Shown here: positions 41,951 to 52,121 of the stretch, piece by piece | How the letters are laid out: each line of letters starts with the position of its first letter | Numbering within the stretch: the stretch's first letter is position 1 | Origin: Nitrospirota bacterium | GTDB lineage: Bacteria > Nitrospirota > UBA9217 | Assembly (NCBI GenBank): GCA_963845065.1 | Contig: CAWJQQ010000005.1 | Location: 353,542 to 417,541, forward strand | Length of the DNA: 64,000 bases | Direction: 5' to 3' | Notes under the pieces: model-generated | Databases searched by the model: none | What the model was told of the DNA's origin: nothing | Seen by the model: the letters and a program-made list of their open reading frames with translations, nothing else | Translations under genes and position numbers: made by a program

Positions 41951-42046
41951 ATGAAAGGCAAGGACAAGTCGTCTCAAAAGAAGAGCACAGGCTCCAAGGG
42001 GGGGACAGGTACCAAGCTGCGCAGATCAGAAGGTGGCGCACGATGA
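41951..42046 (+). CDS. Putative 31-aa Lys/Gly/Ser-rich small protein
   Basis: AGGAGGG RBS then MKGKDKSSQKKSTGSKGGTGTKLRRSEGGAR*; below the ORF-track length cutoff. Confidence 0.45.
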   Translation: MKGKDKSSQKKSTGSKGGTGTKLRRSEGGAR

Positions 42047-42115
42047 ACCGGGGTAATGATCGAAGCTCGTTTTCAGGCTGAATTCGAGAGTTTGTGAGAC
42101 GCCATAGGGATTTAC

Positions 42116-42290
42116 CAAATCATGCTCAGAAAGCCCCTGGTTTTAACCATGGCGATGAATGCGGGAACTTAACTTCTCGATAATTGCTAGATAAATGTTC
42201 ATCTCTATATAAAGTATATTTAACATAAAACTGATTTCAAATCGACACCAAGCTAAAACGTGCTTGAACCCACACCAATTAGCCACTTTG
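42116..42290 (+). mobile_element. Orphan IS605 left end plus decayed tnpB 5' stub (same family as 11971-13657)
   Basis: TTTAC|CAAATCATGCTCAG-AAAG-CCCCTGGTTTTAACCATGGCGATGAATGCGGGAACTT nearly matches 13603-13657; the stub encodes KSTPS*NVLE. Confidence 0.75.
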
Positions 42291-42338
42291 TCGCTTAAGC
42301 ATGCAAATTAACCGGACACTTCTGGAAGCTGATAAACT

Positions 42339-42890
42339 TTAAGAAATCGTTACCCTCTTTTGAGGCGCATGCTCGAAATGCATCGTATCGAATAACGAGT
42401 CGTCAATTTCGTATCCGAATTCACTGACTGCCCTACCGACAAAGTCCCGAATCTCTTTGACATCGGTCAATTCTCCGAAGAATATTTTTCGGTCTCCATT
42501 GACGGACTTGATCAAAAAATTAAATCTCCCCTTAAAAACGCCTCTTATAAGCCAGATGCCTCCGCCGATCAACCCCCAGAGGAGGATGGGAATAACCGGG
42601 ATCCCGAGAGTGAAAGATTTTATATGGAGGACGACGACGCCGCCTTCGGCCTTCAGGAAGGCGTCGGCAAAAAGAATAAGACCGAAAATAATAAGCACGA
42701 ACCCGGTGAAAAAGCGCAGAAACGGATAACGGGATTGTGAATCATGGCACAGTGTGACCTCCCTTATTTCTTCCTTCGGAACGATCGCGACGACAGTTCC
42801 TCCATCGAGTTGGCTGATGGCCGATCCTGAAATTTCTACCGTGGAGCATCTCATTGATTTAAGATACGACCATGCATCATATAATTTCAT
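42339..42890 (-). CDS. Hypothetical membrane protein
   Basis: 183-aa ORF with two TM helices; AAGGA RBS. Confidence 0.7.
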   Translation of the reverse strand: MKLYDAWSYLKSMRCSTVEISGSAISQLDGGTVVAIVPKEEIREVTLCHDSQSRYPFLRFFTGFVLIIFGLILFADAFLKAEGGVVVLHIKSFTLGIPVIPILLWGLIGGGIWLIRGVFKGRFNFLIKSVNGDRKIFFGELTDVKEIRDFVGRAVSEFGYEIDDSLFDTMHFEHAPQKRVTIS

Positions 42891-42936
42891 AAGGTTCCTT
42901 TCTGATTCTCTTCGGCAAGAGTGAGCTTCACTGTCG

Positions 42937-43461
42937 TTATGAGACCGTTAAAAAGCTGAGAATTACTCCATGCTTTTCGCCCAAAACATGGCCGACACTT
43001 TGCAATAAATCAATCGCACTTAAGATGCCCACTACCTTACCCTCGCGGATCACCGGTAAAATTCTGGTTTCCCATTCCAGCAGTTTTCGGATCGCCTGGC
43101 CGGCGCTTTCATCGTCCTTCACTCCTGTTTTTACAACCGAACTCATGGCCTCCCGTACCGGTATTTGAGCCAGCGTCCCCTGCAGCACGGAAAGCCGGCT
43201 GAAAAGGCCGCCAAGAGGCAGGCCCAGTTCAGCCGATTTTCTGTCTAGAGCTTTCAGCATGCTCTGAATGGTCAGTATGCCTGTTAATTTTCCGGCCTTA
43301 TCGATTACCAAGACGGAAGAGTGCCCGCAAACAATTCCTTTGTCGTCCCGGTAAAAGGATCGCTGCAGTACTTTTATCGCTTCTTCGAGGTCCGCATCGT
43401 CGTGCACGGCGCTATAGCCGTCCACAGATGTCATTATGTCCCGTACGATTGTTCCAGGCAT
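42937..43461 (-). CDS. CBS domain pair protein
   Basis: VRDIMT, VLVIDKAGKLTGILT, LPVIREGKVVGILS; start at ATG 43461. Confidence 0.88.
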   Translation of the reverse strand: MPGTIVRDIMTSVDGYSAVHDDADLEEAIKVLQRSFYRDDKGIVCGHSSVLVIDKAGKLTGILTIQSMLKALDRKSAELGLPLGGLFSRLSVLQGTLAQIPVREAMSSVVKTGVKDDESAGQAIRKLLEWETRILPVIREGKVVGILSAIDLLQSVGHVLGEKHGVILSFLTVS

Positions 43462-43486
43462 GATTGCTTCCTTCAGGCTGCGGTCT

Positions 43487-45100
43487 TTAACAAACGGTTT
43501 TCTCCTCGCCAGCCAGTTCCTGTAAACTGGAATGCACAAGGGAAAGCTTCGCTGTTTCAGATATCACGATCAAATAATCCCCGGGATAAATGATGGTGTC
43601 CGGGGCCGGGATCAAATCTGCGTCCCCCCGTCTGATACCCACCAAAAGACTGTTTTTAGGCCATTCAATATCACATACTTTACTGTCGCAAACGGGGGCC
43701 TCCAGGCCGACTACTTTTTCTAAAATATGCATTTCCTCTTCATGTTTTTGGGCCGGCTCCTGAGGCGCTCTTCGCTTCGCTAACATTCGTTTCAACAGAA
43801 CATCGTAAATAGGCTTGCCCTCCAGCAAATCACTGGCAATATAGGCGGACATGCAGACCGTAACTAAAGGTAAAAGCTGCTCCATGCTGCCGGTCATTTC
43901 CATGATCAAGATGCTGCCTGTAATGGGCGCCTTGACAATGGCGCTGAAGTATGCGGCCATCGCGAGGATGACGAAGTTGTTGATATACATGGGATCGACA
44001 TGGAGATATTGGGCCGCAATGCTTCCGTATATATTCCCGCTTACGGCGCCGATGGTTAAAAGCGGCATAAAAATGCCGCCCGGGACACCCGTGCCATAGC
44101 TTAACATCGTAAACAAAAATTTAACCGCAAGGATGATCACCAGTATGTAGAGCGCATAATGCATCTGCGGCAGCGTATTAATCAACCGTGCGCCGCCGCC
44201 CAAAACCTGGGGCAGGACAAATCCCAGGAATACGGCAGCTACCAAAGGAATGGCCGGTTTAAATCGGACAGGCAGCCAATGCAGTTTCTCATAAAAAATC
44301 TGAGATTTAACCAGGCTCGAGTTGAACAATACCCCGAAAACTCCGACTACCAGACCCAAAATCACAACGTACAGGTAATAATGAAAAGGCATCAATGGAA
44401 TATTGTGAAAGTCAAACACCGTATTCTGCCCGCAGAAAATGCGGGTGACAAGATCCGCAGTAACCGAAGCGGCCACGGTAGAGGCCAGCACCACTGGAGA
44501 AAAATTTTTATGTAGTTCCTCCAGGGCAAATACCACCCCTGCCAGAGGGGCGTTAAAGGCTGCAGACAGTCCTGCCGCTGCCCCGCTGGTGAGGAGATAT
44601 TTTTCCTCTATACCGGGGCGTCTCAAAAGCCGGCTGACCCCCTGGCCGGCTGCCGCTCCCAATTGCACGGAAGGGCCTTCCCGGCCCAGGGAAAGGCCCG
44701 CCCCGATTCCCAATAGACCACCTATGAACTTTGCTCCGATTACCTTAAACCAGCTTGCTGCCTGCAGCAGCCCGGCCAGAATACCTTTAACCTGGGGAAT
44801 GCCGCTGCCGGTGGACATAGGCACCATCCTGATCAGCCAGGACAAAATCAAGGCAATCCCGATCAGGCAAACAAACCATAACACGGTCCAGCCGAGGGCG
44901 CTCGATCTCAGGAAGGCGAACAACATGTCCCTTTGCGGTCCCACCCAGGCCAGCACACGTCTGAAACAAACCACGACCGCACCGGCAAAAGCCCCGGCCA
45001 GAAGACTTTCAAAAAAAAGCTTCAGGCGAAAATCTTGCCAATGCTCCAGCAAGTTTTTTATGTAACTTTTAGATGTTGACCCATTTCCCTTCGCTGACAT
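43487..45100 (-). CDS. ClC-family H+/Cl- antiporter with C-terminal TrkA-C domain
   Basis: GSGIP, GREGP, FNAPLAG, GGIFMP, EMTG; LLVGIRRG...IYPGD; start at ATG 45100. Confidence 0.93.
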   Translation of the reverse strand: MSAKGNGSTSKSYIKNLLEHWQDFRLKLFFESLLAGAFAGAVVVCFRRVLAWVGPQRDMLFAFLRSSALGWTVLWFVCLIGIALILSWLIRMVPMSTGSGIPQVKGILAGLLQAASWFKVIGAKFIGGLLGIGAGLSLGREGPSVQLGAAAGQGVSRLLRRPGIEEKYLLTSGAAAGLSAAFNAPLAGVVFALEELHKNFSPVVLASTVAASVTADLVTRIFCGQNTVFDFHNIPLMPFHYYLYVVILGLVVGVFGVLFNSSLVKSQIFYEKLHWLPVRFKPAIPLVAAVFLGFVLPQVLGGGARLINTLPQMHYALYILVIILAVKFLFTMLSYGTGVPGGIFMPLLTIGAVSGNIYGSIAAQYLHVDPMYINNFVILAMAAYFSAIVKAPITGSILIMEMTGSMEQLLPLVTVCMSAYIASDLLEGKPIYDVLLKRMLAKRRAPQEPAQKHEEEMHILEKVVGLEAPVCDSKVCDIEWPKNSLLVGIRRGDADLIPAPDTIIYPGDYLIVISETAKLSLVHSSLQELAGEEKTVC

Positions 45101-45123
45101 ATCAAATATTTCCTCTGGAATTT

Positions 45124-45888
45124 TCAAAATAATCTTGTGACTTGCTGGACAGCCAGAACCAGAATCAGCACGGCAAAGCTCTTGCGCAACACGGCTGTGG
45201 GCATCCGCTTGTTGGTATAGGTTCCGAGTAGACTGCCAGGCATAATGCCGAGCACCAGGGGAATGCCTAACGTCCACGGGACAGAGGACGCATGTCCCAG
45301 CCTGCCAATCAATCCAAAGAGGCCTGCCAGCATCACTAGGGCCAGACCGGTTGAGATAGCCGGCCTGGTAGGAATTCCAAGAAAAACGATCATGAAGGGC
45401 ACAAGTATCGTGCCTCCCCCTATGCCAACCATGCCAGCCAGGAAGCCTCCCGTTACACAACCAAAAACTGCTTTAGTCAACGAATAATTGGGCATTTCTG
45501 TATTCTCATTCTTGATGGGCCATATCATCAAACCACCGATAAGGAACAATAGAGCGACGAATGTTATTAAAATCATATTATGCGGCAGATAGAATTGCAC
45601 TATCCCCCCTGTGAGCGCCCCGATGGACGCGCAACTGCCGGTTATGAGCACCAGCTTTTTTTCTATCTTATAGTGTCGGCCATGGGCCCAAAAACCGATG
45701 ATGCCCGCGATAAAGACGAAAAGAGTGGTAAGGGCGCTTATTTGATGCATCCCAAGATTTAAATTTACGCTCTTTTGAAAAAACAAGATAATAGGGATAA
45801 TGAATATGGCGCCCCCTATTCCCAAAAGACTGGACAGAAAAGCACCGCTCAAGCTACAGGTCAGTAAAAACAGCCAACTTGCTGCCAT
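45124..45888 (-). CDS. Sulfite exporter TauE/SafE (TSUP) family protein
   Basis: Duplicated GIGGA/GIGGG..xP motif; about eight TM helices; GGAGG RBS. Confidence 0.9.
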   Translation of the reverse strand: MAASWLFLLTCSLSGAFLSSLLGIGGAIFIIPIILFFQKSVNLNLGMHQISALTTLFVFIAGIIGFWAHGRHYKIEKKLVLITGSCASIGALTGGIVQFYLPHNMILITFVALLFLIGGLMIWPIKNENTEMPNYSLTKAVFGCVTGGFLAGMVGIGGGTILVPFMIVFLGIPTRPAISTGLALVMLAGLFGLIGRLGHASSVPWTLGIPLVLGIMPGSLLGTYTNKRMPTAVLRKSFAVLILVLAVQQVTRLF

Positions 45889-46113
45889 GACTCCACCTCC
45901 AGGAGATAATTATTAATTTAGTGATTCAAAAAGTATTCAGTACAGCCGATTTGGAACACTCGCACCCGGAGCCGAACCGGTTGAGCAAATGCATAACGTA
46001 GCAACGAAGCGATTTGCGGCTAACGCAAAAAGAACGGATGAGGGAACTATGATCTGCTCATTATTAGAGAACCTCCTGTTGTATGTAATTTTAGGAATCA
46101 GGATCCTATTTCC

Positions 46114-47862
46114 TTAATTGACATTGTTGAAAAGGTCGAAGGTCCAGCCATGCATATCGGCTCTCTGTCCTTGCCAGTCGGTATGATGGGCTGGATCCTC
46201 AGGCAAGCTCTGCACAGTTTTCTGAGCGGAGAACGTCCCACTCGGTAACTGGGAAGAGGCGAAAGCGCCAGTGACCCCTGCAAAGAGAAGGAGCATTATA
46301 AATAAAGCAATTCCCCTGCTTTCCCGATTCAAGCCGTTAAAGAACCCTGAAGAAACAAGCGCCGTTTCAGCTGCTTCATGATCTATAGTGGCACCTGTTT
46401 TGACTTTCCTGACAGACGAAAGAAATGCCGATAACATAGTGACTGCCATAAGGACCATAATTACCATCATGAACCCGTGCATAAATGCGCCGGCTTTAAC
46501 AGACACAGGAATGCTCGTGTTGCCGAATACGTTTTGTATATTCGGATACCCGTTATCGGACAGATACCTGCGCTCCAGGGTAGTAAAAATTAGTCCTGAA
46601 ATGTTTACCCCGAAGATTAGCCCGAGGGACCGCATCATGTTCAGGACTCCTCCCGCCATCCCAAGTTTATCCTGAAGGGCTGAACCTATGACTGCGCTGT
46701 TGTTAGGCGTAATAAACATACCCATGCCGACCCCGAGGAGTATCAACACCATGGCAAGCAAGGGCAGCTGCACGGACATTCCCATCAACACGAGCGAAAA
46801 ACATGCTAGGGAGGAAAGAAGCATGCCGGAAGTTGTGATTATCCTTGGACCGTATTTATCTGAGATGTGGCCTGAGAACGGGGCCACTACCGCCATCGCA
46901 AGGAGAAGGGACGTCAACAGGGAGCCGGTGAGAGCAACACTGTAGCCCAGTGCTTTTTCAAGATAAAAGGGCATCAGGAACATGACCGCGAACAGGACAA
47001 AATAAGACAGCATACCGGTCAGGTTGCCGATGAGGAACGTGCGGTTCTGAAACAGTTTGAGGTCGATCAGCGGATTTTCAACCCGCAGTTCCGTTAGGAT
47101 GAAAAGGCCGAGCAGAATGCAGGCATGAATGAAGAATATAAAGGTCGTGGAGGAGCCTGACTCGAGCTTTACTCCCCCGTTGAAGGCAAGCACAGTACAT
47201 GCCAGCCCTGAGGCCAATAGCACTGTCCCAAGGTAATCAACCTTCTCCCTTTTATCGGTTCTCTGGTCGAGCGGAAGAATAAACAGGGCGGCAACGGTCC
47301 CTACAACACCGATGGGGATATTCACATAGAAGATCGCTTGCCAGCCTATCGTGGCTATGAGGATGCCTCCGACAAAAGGACCGGCTGACATCGCTATCGC
47401 CTGGACAGCTGCCCAGATGCCGATAGCTTTGCCCCTCTCGTTTGACGGAAATGCGTGCGTAATAAGTGCAACGGAGTTGGCCTGCAGAAGCCCGGCCCCG
47501 ACAGCCTGGATAATGCGGGCCGCGATCAGGAATCCCGCCGTGGGCGACATGCCGCAAAACAGCGAACCGGCGGAGAAAACCACGAACCCAATATGATAGA
47601 GCTTCGACCTGCCGAGCATATCGGCGAGTTTTCCGAACAGCGGAAGAAAAATGGTCAGCGTAAGCATATACGCCATTGCTACCCATTCTATGACGGCCAT
47701 CGAAACCCCGAACGTGTTCTTCAGCGTGGGCATAACCATGTTGACAATGCTGACATCGAGGGCCGACATAGTGGCGCCCAGTAGGACGGTGAAAAGCAGA
47801 AACCACCTCCAGCTGGGATGTTCCCGAATGCTTTTGCGCATTGCTTCTAATTTAGTTTTCAC
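46114..47862 (-). CDS. MFS transporter, DHA2 (EmrB/QacA) family
   Basis: LDVSIVN, GKLADMLGR, ERGKAIG, GPFVGG, FYVNIPIG, PLIDLKLF. Confidence 0.92.
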   Translation of the reverse strand: MKTKLEAMRKSIREHPSWRWFLLFTVLLGATMSALDVSIVNMVMPTLKNTFGVSMAVIEWVAMAYMLTLTIFLPLFGKLADMLGRSKLYHIGFVVFSAGSLFCGMSPTAGFLIAARIIQAVGAGLLQANSVALITHAFPSNERGKAIGIWAAVQAIAMSAGPFVGGILIATIGWQAIFYVNIPIGVVGTVAALFILPLDQRTDKREKVDYLGTVLLASGLACTVLAFNGGVKLESGSSTTFIFFIHACILLGLFILTELRVENPLIDLKLFQNRTFLIGNLTGMLSYFVLFAVMFLMPFYLEKALGYSVALTGSLLTSLLLAMAVVAPFSGHISDKYGPRIITTSGMLLSSLACFSLVLMGMSVQLPLLAMVLILLGVGMGMFITPNNSAVIGSALQDKLGMAGGVLNMMRSLGLIFGVNISGLIFTTLERRYLSDNGYPNIQNVFGNTSIPVSVKAGAFMHGFMMVIMVLMAVTMLSAFLSSVRKVKTGATIDHEAAETALVSSGFFNGLNRESRGIALFIMLLLFAGVTGAFASSQLPSGTFSAQKTVQSLPEDPAHHTDWQGQRADMHGWTFDLFNNVN

Positions 47863-47914
47863 TAGTGCACCTGAATATTTAAGATTTGTTTGTCCCGTCT
47901 TAGACGATGTCTAA

Positions 47915-48041
47915 AGCAATAGCCATGCCATATTGTTGCTATCGCTAAACGACGGTTATTCATGAAAATATTTTTTTGATGCAGAGGCGCACCGTTTTTT
48001 TTGCTGCAAGAAATATCTTGCACTGCAATATAATCTATGCA
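47915..48041 (-). promoter_or_regulatory. Sigma54 promoter with tandem palindromic upstream activator sites
   Basis: Minus strand TGGCATGGCTATTGCT (47915-47930); TGCAAGA-AATA-TCTTGCA (48005-48022) and TGCA-N10-TGCA (48024-48041). Confidence 0.75.
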
Positions 48042-48392
48042 GTATCTGCCTGATGGAGAGGATAACACTATCGATTTTTTCGATGGGAACAGGCGAAGGC
48101 CGTGCTTACGAAGAAAAGAATGAGCGTCCGCGAAGACGAGTATCAAGCGAGTGCGGATTATCGATGCGGAGTGCGGCCGGGAGCGAGAGAAATATTAAGG
48201 AGGTACTGCTGCAGACCGGTGAAGAATAAATTCAAAACCAAAAGCAGTCTCGTGCAAAGCCGCGGAGAAGCAAAGAAAATCTTTAACTACGGTTTTTAAA
48301 ACCGAGAAAATAAATTTCTCATTTCAAAGTGCCTCCACCGATTTTCTTGACAAAAGACTGCGATTTTGCCTGTAATAAAATCACAATTCACG

Positions 48393-48670
48393 ATTGCGGT
48401 GCTGTAATCCATGCTGACATGAACGGAGCAATCAACATTCTTAAAAAGTATCTCCCGGAACACAAAGGTGTCTCCTGGAGTAGTGGCCGTTTGGCACAGC
48501 CTTCGGTCAACCGGTTCGCCTGGAGAAATACCAGGCCAGCAACATCAGTCCATGAACCGGGTACGTGGCAAACATCTCTGCCGCATCCAAAAACAGAATC
48601 AGCATTGGCCCTCAGTAGTAGGAGAGCCTGATTCGGGAATCCCCGTCCGTCAGGTCGGGGAGGATGTCAA
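48393..48670 (+). mobile_element. Stand-alone 3' remnant (omega-RNA region plus right end) of the IS family at 56017-57609
   Basis: Encodes CGAVIHADMNGAINILKKY...SSRRA, nearly identical to the TnpB C-terminus at 56056; RE GAATCCCCGTCCGTCAGGTCGGGGAGGATGTCAA. Confidence 0.9.
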
Positions 48671-48763
48671 GTCTGCTTCCAGAATACTCACTATATTCCT
48701 CACCCGACAAAGCGACCGCCATCAGGACACAAGCAGCTTAACCCTGGATTGATGGTGCGCCAC

Positions 48764-48811
48764 CGAACTATCTGCAGAAAGACCATGGTTTTAACCATGG
48801 GGGGTGGTCAG
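48764..48811 (+). repeat. 48-bp IS605 left-end/right-end chimeric single-hairpin mini-element
   Basis: CCAC|CGAACTATCTGCAG-AAAG-ACCATGGTTTTAACCATGGGG-GGTGGTCAG. Confidence 0.7.
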
Positions 48812-48860
48812 GAAATCTTCTGTATGTTTATGGGATAAGGATAAGAAGATGCAGACAGGG

Positions 48861-49733
48861 TCAGGGGTTGCTTTCTTTTGCATTGGGAGAGCGATGTGGG
48901 GACAATGTCGATTTTCGCATCTTGGATTTATTCCTGTTTCTATATGTTAACACGGTCCCGAGTCTCCAGGTATAAACCTCACCACACTGCTCGCAGGATG
49001 CTCCCGACATGGCTTCTTTGCAGGTTGGGCAATAGATAATGTAGTGTTTTGATAATAGATGCTGATGTTCCTTGATGTTGATCCGATTGTTGCAGCAGGC
49101 GAGTTCCTGCGTTAGGTCTCCACCGCAGAGACAACGATGGTCCATGGGCCAGGGCAGCATTTCTTCGAGTTTGTAGATGGCCTGACCCAGGTGCTCCATC
49201 AGCCTTTCATTGGTGTTGTAATCAAAAAATGAGTCAGTAAGCGTTTCCCGGATGTCGATCATGAGCGGGCTTTCCTTCAGGAACCGGAGGATTTTGCGGA
49301 GACGCTCCTCACCCGAACCGAGTTTTGAAAGTGAACGCAGATTGGCGTTCTGCTTATAGTGATCCTGGAAAAACAGCAACATCCACATCTGCGTCATATC
49401 ATAGAAGAATTCAAGAACGGGGTAATAACCGAATTTTCTGCGGATGGTTGCTTCAACTTCTCCCCGTTTTTTGGGCACGCGGGGGAAAACGGAGATCAGA
49501 AGTCCGTCCATGAAGTCTTCATAGAAAAAAGGTGTTTCGGAAAAATGGCGGCTCCCGCAGTGCGCGCACTGGACGACATTGAATTGCCATTTAGACAGCG
49601 TTAGTCTTGCCTGTGGTGTCTTGGAAACGTCGACCCAGGTAATGATCGTGGCATTAAAGTCTTGGCCGCAGTTCTCACACTCAAATGTTTCATTGCTGAA
49701 TGGTTCTACATTATGGAGGAGTAGATTCACCAT
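48861..49733 (-). CDS. CpXC-like multi-Zn-ribbon hypothetical protein
   Basis: CENCG...FNVVQCAHCG...PFFYED; C-terminal CLC, CC, CPTC, CEQC. Confidence 0.75.
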   Translation of the reverse strand: MVNLLLHNVEPFSNETFECENCGQDFNATIITWVDVSKTPQARLTLSKWQFNVVQCAHCGSRHFSETPFFYEDFMDGLLISVFPRVPKKRGEVEATIRRKFGYYPVLEFFYDMTQMWMLLFFQDHYKQNANLRSLSKLGSGEERLRKILRFLKESPLMIDIRETLTDSFFDYNTNERLMEHLGQAIYKLEEMLPWPMDHRCLCGGDLTQELACCNNRINIKEHQHLLSKHYIIYCPTCKEAMSGASCEQCGEVYTWRLGTVLTYRNRNKSKMRKSTLSPHRSPNAKESNP

Positions 49734-49862
49734 TGATGGTATTATACATCACTTCATACAAACTTACTTTGAAAATAATTCACTTTTTGTGGTACAATGC
49801 GTGCCCAGAAAGAAACAATTTTCTTTCAGTGGACGTTTTTATGTTAAAGAAAGGGACACCAG

Positions 49863-52121
49863 ATGCCGACAAAAGAACATTCAATTCTGACTACAGCGCT
49901 GCATTCCGAGGTAGAGAACCGTTTCCTCACCTATGCACTTTCTACTATCGTTTCCCGGTCTCTGCCCGATGTGCGCGACGGATTGAAGCCGGTGCACCGG
50001 AGGATCCTCTTTGCTATGTGGGAAATGGGCCTCGGCCCGACGGCGAAATTTCGAAAAAGCGCTGCAGTGGTCGGAGAAGTCCTCGGCAAGTTCCACCCCC
50101 ATGGCGACCAAGCAGCCTATGATGCCATGGTCCGAATGGCGCAGGATTTTTCGCTCCGCTATCCGCTGATCGAAGGCTCGGGCAACTTCGGGAGCCTCGA
50201 CGGCGACCCGGCAGCGGCAATGCGCTATACTGAAGCTCGTCTGTCGCACCTCGCCGAGGAGCTTCTGGTTGAAATCGAGAAGGACACCGTTTCGTTCCGG
50301 CCGAATTATGACAACTCGCTTAAGGAGCCGACGGTCCTGCCCGCGCGGTTCCCCCAACTCCTTGTTAACGGTACGTCCGGCATAGCCGTGGGCATGAGCT
50401 GCGCTTTTCCGCCGCACAATATTTCTGAAGTGATCGACGGGCTTGCAGCAATGATTAACGACCCGAAAATTGAAGTGAAGGACCTGCTCAAGTTCGTAAA
50501 GGGTCCGGATTTCCCCACAGGGGGACAAATTTTAAACTCGAAGAAAGAGTTGCGCGAGATCTATCAGTCAGGCGCAGGAGCGGTCCGCGTCCGCGCGGAA
50601 TTTACCCTCGAAGACCTGCCGCGGGGTAGGCAGGCCATCGTTTTCCACTCCATTCCCTACCAGGTAAATAAGGCGAAACTTTTGGAAAAGATTATCGGCC
50701 TCATGGAGGAAAAGAAGCTGCCACAGGTGTCGGCGGTGCGCGACGAGTCCACAGACGAAGTCAGAGTAGTACTTGAACTCAAGGCCGAAACGAACCCGGA
50801 GCTGGTAACAGCCTACCTCTTCAAGCACTCGGATCTCGAGTCTACGTTTCCCGTAAATTTTACGGCGCTCAAGCCGAACATGGAACCAGAGCGGCTGTCG
50901 CTCAAGGAGTTGATGCGCTACTTTCTCGACTTCCGGCACGAGATCACGACCAAGCGGCTGAATTACGACCTCAGGATCTTAAAAGCCCGGCTGCACATTC
51001 TTGCGGCGTTTGAAAAACTTTACAACGACCTGGACACGGCGATCAAGATCATCCGTAAGGCAAAGTCCCGCGAGGACGCGACAGAAAAACTCAAAAAACA
51101 TTTCAAATTCGACGACGAGCAGGTGAGGGCCATACTGGAGATGCAGCTCTACCGGCTCGTGGGCCTCGAAATCGAGAAGATCCTCAAAGAGAAAGCTGAG
51201 AAAACCCAGCAACGGAAAGATATCGAAACCATATTAGCGAGCCAGAAGAAGATCTGGGGTCTAATTAAGTCCGAGCTTTTGGGCATCAAGGAGAAATACG
51301 GAGACAAGCGCAAGTCTGTGATGAAGGCTGCAGAGGACGTTGAGTTCTCGCAGGAAGATTTCATCACTCATGAGGACGTAACCGTTATCATGACAAAGAT
51401 GGGTTGGATCAGGCGCGTCAAGACGGTCGGCGAGAACCTGCGGTTCAAGGAAGGCGACGAGTTGCTGGCCCTGTTGCCGGCCAACACCAGGGATAACATC
51501 GCCATCTTCTCTTCCGCTGGCAAGGTCTATGTTGTGAAAGCGTATGACCTTCCGTCCGGCTCCGGGTTCGGCGAGCCGGTGCAGCACCTTTTCAAGTTCG
51601 GTGATGGTGAGCGGCCAATCGCGACCTTGAATTTCACGACGGTCTTTACCGGTACGCCGTTAGAGGAAGGAAAGGACAAACAGGCGGAACTCGCTCTGGC
51701 ACCCCGAGAGGTGACGGCGCTCACTGTGTCAAACCATGGTATCGGTTTCGGATTCGATCTTGCGCAGTTTAATGCCGTGACGACCCGGGCAGGGAAAAAA
51801 TTTGCCGGCATGAAGGCCGGCGATTCAATCATGGGAGTAGATATCCTCGATCTGCCGAATGTATTGTTCCTCACTACTGAAGGGAAAGCCGTCGTGGTAG
51901 CGACAAAGGACATCCCCGTCCTCACCGGTGCGGGCAAGGGCGTCAAGCTTGTGAACGTGAAGAATGGCGAGGTGGCGCTCTTCCGGTCCGTCCGAAAAGG
52001 TCAGCAGGTGAAAGTGATCGACGAGAAGGGCAAGGAGAGGGTGATCGATCTCAAGGACTATGGTGTCATGAACCGTGGTAGTGTCGGGCTCAAGGCGGTC
52101 AAGGCGGTGAAGTTCGTGTAG
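49863..52121 (+). CDS. parC: Type IIA topoisomerase subunit A, ParC-like
   Basis: [28 protein letters not shown] (catalytic Tyr), GPDFPTGG; no QxRGGKG GyrA box; shortened C-terminal domain. Confidence 0.85.
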   Translation: MPTKEHSILTTALHSEVENRFLTYALSTIVSRSLPDVRDGLKPVHRRILFAMWEMGLGPTAKFRKSAAVVGEVLGKFHPHGDQAAYDAMVRMAQDFSLRYPLIEGSGNFGSLDGDPAAAMRYTEARLSHLAEELLVEIEKDTVSFRPNYDNSLKEPTVLPARFPQLLVNGTSGIAVGMSCAFPPHNISEVIDGLAAMINDPKIEVKDLLKFVKGPDFPTGGQILNSKKELREIYQSGAGAVRVRAEFTLEDLPRGRQAIVFHSIPYQVNKAKLLEKIIGLMEEKKLPQVSAVRDESTDEVRVVLELKAETNPELVTAYLFKHSDLESTFPVNFTALKPNMEPERLSLKELMRYFLDFRHEITTKRLNYDLRILKARLHILAAFEKLYNDLDTAIKIIRKAKSREDATEKLKKHFKFDDEQVRAILEMQLYRLVGLEIEKILKEKAEKTQQRKDIETILASQKKIWGLIKSELLGIKEKYGDKRKSVMKAAEDVEFSQEDFITHEDVTVIMTKMGWIRRVKTVGENLRFKEGDELLALLPANTRDNIAIFSSAGKVYVVKAYDLPSGSGFGEPVQHLFKFGDGERPIATLNFTTVFTGTPLEEGKDKQAELALAPREVTALTVSNHGIGFGFDLAQFNAVTTRAGKKFAGMKAGDSIMGVDILDLPNVLFLTTEGKAVVVATKDIPVLTGAGKGVKLVNVKNGEVALFRSVRKGQQVKVIDEKGKERVIDLKDYGVMNRGSVGLKAVKAVKFV

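Noticed and set aside
45101..45460. Long N-terminal extension of the ClC protein
   Set aside because: It overlaps the TSUP gene in another frame; the real start is most likely ATG 45100.
45890..46110. Fluoride riboswitch ahead of TSUP/ClC
   Set aside because: No crcB-motif consensus was recognised, and the ClC has the chloride-type GSGIP signature.
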